A DNA stretch of 64,000 nt, from contig CBFFRQ010000015.1 in NCBI GenBank assembly GCA_965644315.1, forward strand, positions 40,842 through 104,841, written 5' to 3'. The number at the start of each line of letters is the position of its first letter. Position 1 is the stretch's first letter. The stretch is from Caecitellus pseudoparvulus. Its lineage: Eukaryota; Protista; Bigyra: Bicosoecida. The translations under genes were made by a program, and so were the position numbers. Below, piece by piece: positions 61,301-64,000 of the stretch. The notes beneath the pieces were generated by a model. It searched no databases, was not told the origin of the DNA, and saw nothing but the letters and a program-made list of their open reading frames with translations.

Positions 61301-61591
61301 TCTGAGTCTTCTGTAGCGTGAGGGCACCGGCGGAGTTCCGTTGCTTGCGTTGGCGCCCCTACCGTACGTACGCAACGCGCACAGCGAGGCGAGAACGCAA
61401 CACAATGCCAGGCAGCCGTAGCATCTTCATGTTGGTCGTTGGTGTGTGTTGGGCTGTGGGCATTGAAGGCGCCTTGCAACCTCGTCCAGTGCATTTCCAG
61501 TCTGTCTCGACATTCCACCGTTGCATGTACTTTCAGACCCACCAAGTCCTCAGATACGCTTTTTGTTGCACACCCACCCCAACCATTCACC

Positions 61592-63752
61592 ATGTCACTT
61601 CACTTTGATGAAATGGGCTCTGACAGCGAGGATGCAGGGGACACAACGGCAAGTGTCGTGGCTTCGTTAAGTATCGCCACACCCCTCGAGGCTGCACACC
61701 TCTTCAACCGCAGCACGGCTGCCAAAGCTGTGATGGCCGGGAAACGTCGACGGGATGTTGTGCTTTGGGCATCTCACCCTGGCAACTGCACTGGGTCCGT
61801 CGTTGGGGTGCCTGACGTTCTGGAGGGTAATGGTACGTACTGGTTCGCGCCACAGGATCGACGCCCGTGCAGCGCCTCCCCACCCCACCCTAGCATCATG
61901 TGCAGGTGATGCCAACGCACTCACATGCCTTGATGACAGGGAGCTATTCGGCACAGCTAGGGGCGGTTCTAGTGCTGCCATTGCGGCTCGTACGTACCTG
62001 CTCTGCAGTCACGGTAGCCACAGCGTTCTAACGGCCACTGCTAAGCTTCGTTGGACCGGACCAATCCCGCTCCCCTTCCCCAGAAGCCTTCGCCGCAAAT
62101 ACAATGGCGAGCTGCAGACCGATCAAGGCACCAAGGCCGCTTGACCTTGCTGAGAAGCTTGAATCGGCGAAGGAGCTGCTTGAGTCTATTGGCACGCCCA
62201 GCGAGAAACGTCTCATCGAGTTGTTGAACGAGGTTTTCGTTTGGAGCGCAAACACCATGTCCCTTGTCCAACTCTCACTTGGCCTGGGGCAATTCAGAAC
62301 TTCACAGGTAGTGGGTATGGTTGGTCCACTAACGCAGAAGCAGGAAGCAAAGAACTCCAAGAAACGTGGAGCTCGTGGGGGAGACCAGCTGGGTGAACTC
62401 TTAGAGCCCGTGGGGGCGCAGACTCAATCCCATGGCCCCGAAAGTTCAGGGCAGAAGCCCGCCGCATCGTGGTCGACCTCATCCTCGAGAACCCTTCGTT
62501 CATCTTGGCAGACCCCGAGAACCTGGTAGACACACTACGAGCAGCCATCGAGGCAGTTGAGGCCGAGCAGAACGTTGCCCGAGAGGTGGCTGGAGCCACA
62601 GAGGAAGGGGGAGATGGGGTGCCGGTTGGAGCACAAGCCACGAGCCGGGCTCTAGACGACCCTAGGTTCTCAGCACCGTGGAAGTTCAAATGCCTCGAAA
62701 ACGTGATAGCAGCAGCGAGGAAGGTTTCGATACAGAAGGAGCTTACCGAGCGGGGTGGCGTGCTTTGCGCGCTGAAGGACATGGCGAAGAGCAGCAAGAG
62801 TGCGAGTTACGCCGGGCTGAAGGCCGCCATGAGCAATGTCAGGAGCAAGTGCCGCGCCAAAATCACGAGGTGAGTGCCCAGAGGACTCCTTCCGAGTCCG
62901 TGGAGCGCAGCATAGCAGACTTCTGAGCATTGCGCAGTTCGGAATGCCTAGGAAAGTTCGAACCGTGGCACGAGATGCAGAGGAAGTACGAGCCAGTCCA
63001 TGAGAAGTGCACCGGAGGTGCAAGCATTCAGCTTGACCACGACCCAGCCTTCTTCGAGGTGTCTTCCGAGGACCCTGAGTACCGCCACAGTTGGGTGCCC
63101 AAGGTAAGTATGTGTGTGAGTCTAGACCCGCACAGGTGATGCTGGGCCCGAATGCTCCTTTCTCATGCATTCTCTTTGTGCCACAGGCTGAGAGGGGCAA
63201 AAAAAGGGCTGATCGATCAAGGCACCGCCTGTGCTTGCAGGAAGTCAACGTTGCCCGTGAGGCCATCGTCAATCATACCACCATCAAGGCTGTTTTCAAA
63301 CGCCGGGGATCCGAGGACTCCAGTAGCGGCCCCCGTTTCGACCCCAGCTTCAGGCGTTTGGAAGCGGCGCTCAGTGGCCCAGAAGATGTGGCAAAAGGGG
63401 CCAGGATTGTCTTACGATGGATGGAGGCTGCGTACAACGTTGCTGTCGACTGCTTGAACGTGAAGAACAAGCAGTGGGTGACTGATTGTGGGGACCTGAG
63501 CAGCCTGACCGTTGACGACAAGGTGCGTGCGTGCTGTATGTTGGCCATGCTGTGGACGTCGTTACGCATGAAGCACCACGTACAGACGGAGATGGCCGTG
63601 CTTACGCACAAAATTGTGTCCAGGATAACCTGACATGCCCTCCCTCGACCTGGCGCCGAGCCATCCGTGCTGAAGCTACTTCATTGTTCTTCAGGTTGTC
63701 AAGGTGTGTTTCAATGCAATCGATTCACGGCAGACCGAACTTGTTGCGCTAG
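61592..63752 (+). CDS. Transposon accessory gene, ~7 exons, unknown product
   Basis: Frame-consistent GT-AG introns (61833-61905, 61990-62083, ~62315-62421, 62870-62937, 63104-63186, 63523-63623) join the short ORFs. Confidence 0.55.
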
Positions 63753-63959
63753 CGAAGAATGTACTACTAGGAAAAATGTCCAGCTGGGCGGTGCGCTAGT
63801 AGTGCGCTGGGCGGCCCTCCGTACTAGTAGCGCCTCGCCCAGCGAAATTTACTAGTACCGAGCACAACCACCCCCGCTCACTAGTGTGCCTCTGGGCATG
63901 CATTCTCACTAGCATTGCAGTCGCCCCACTCACTTCACTAGCGCAAAATTGAGCTCTAG
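63749..63959. repeat. Right subterminal CTAG array
   Basis: CTAG at 63749, 63767, 63796, 63824, 63852, 63881, 63909, 63938, 63956. Confidence 0.9.
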
Positions 63960-64000
63960 AAAAAAAACACTCTTCAAACTCTCCTTACAGAGCGCGCTCA

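Larger units (their letters stand above)
57178..64000. mobile_element. Plavaka/CACTA-like (CMC group) DNA transposon; right end probably just beyond the window
   Basis: Left boundary (CC)CACTAGT with an abrupt GC drop; CTAG arrays at both ends sharing inverted motifs; transposase ORF plus a divergent second gene. Confidence 0.8.

Noticed and set aside
63749-63959. CRISPR-like array (regular period with unique spacers)
   Set aside because: The conserved core is only 4-7 bp, there are no cas genes, and the context is eukaryotic; it is better explained as transposon subterminal sites.
57178-64000. Helitron (hairpin plus CTAG) or Ngaro/DIRS retroelement
   Set aside because: No Rep/helicase, reverse transcriptase or tyrosine recombinase motifs; the protein carries CMC-type DDE motifs.

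Overview
GC-rich, gene-dense eukaryotic DNA with short GT-AG introns; gene content and style suggest a heterotrophic protist, possibly a stramenopile (inference). The window has three parts. (1) 1-22.5 kb: a ~16-kb near-perfect palindrome of two head-to-head copies of a ~2500-aa alpha-2-macroglobulin (A2M)-like gene. The copies are almost identical from 12 bp before the ATG to the stop codon, except for two sharply bounded, largely unalignable cassettes. One cassette lies where the A2M protease 'bait' region is expected. Similarly built proline-rich genes flank the palindrome on both sides. (2) 22.5-57 kb: ordinary housekeeping genes (PH-kinase-PH, sphingosine/DAG kinase, PSMA2, DUF455, AOX, Sec14-GOLD, CARNMT1, RPS19, COPZ, MFS transporter, NSUN5) plus several orphans. 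(3) 57.2-64 kb: an apparently intact Plavaka/CACTA-like DNA transposon with a Zn-finger transposase, a divergent multi-exon accessory gene and regularly spaced CTAG arrays at both ends; its right terminus probably lies just outside the window. All family calls come from motif recognition by eye; no searches were run.
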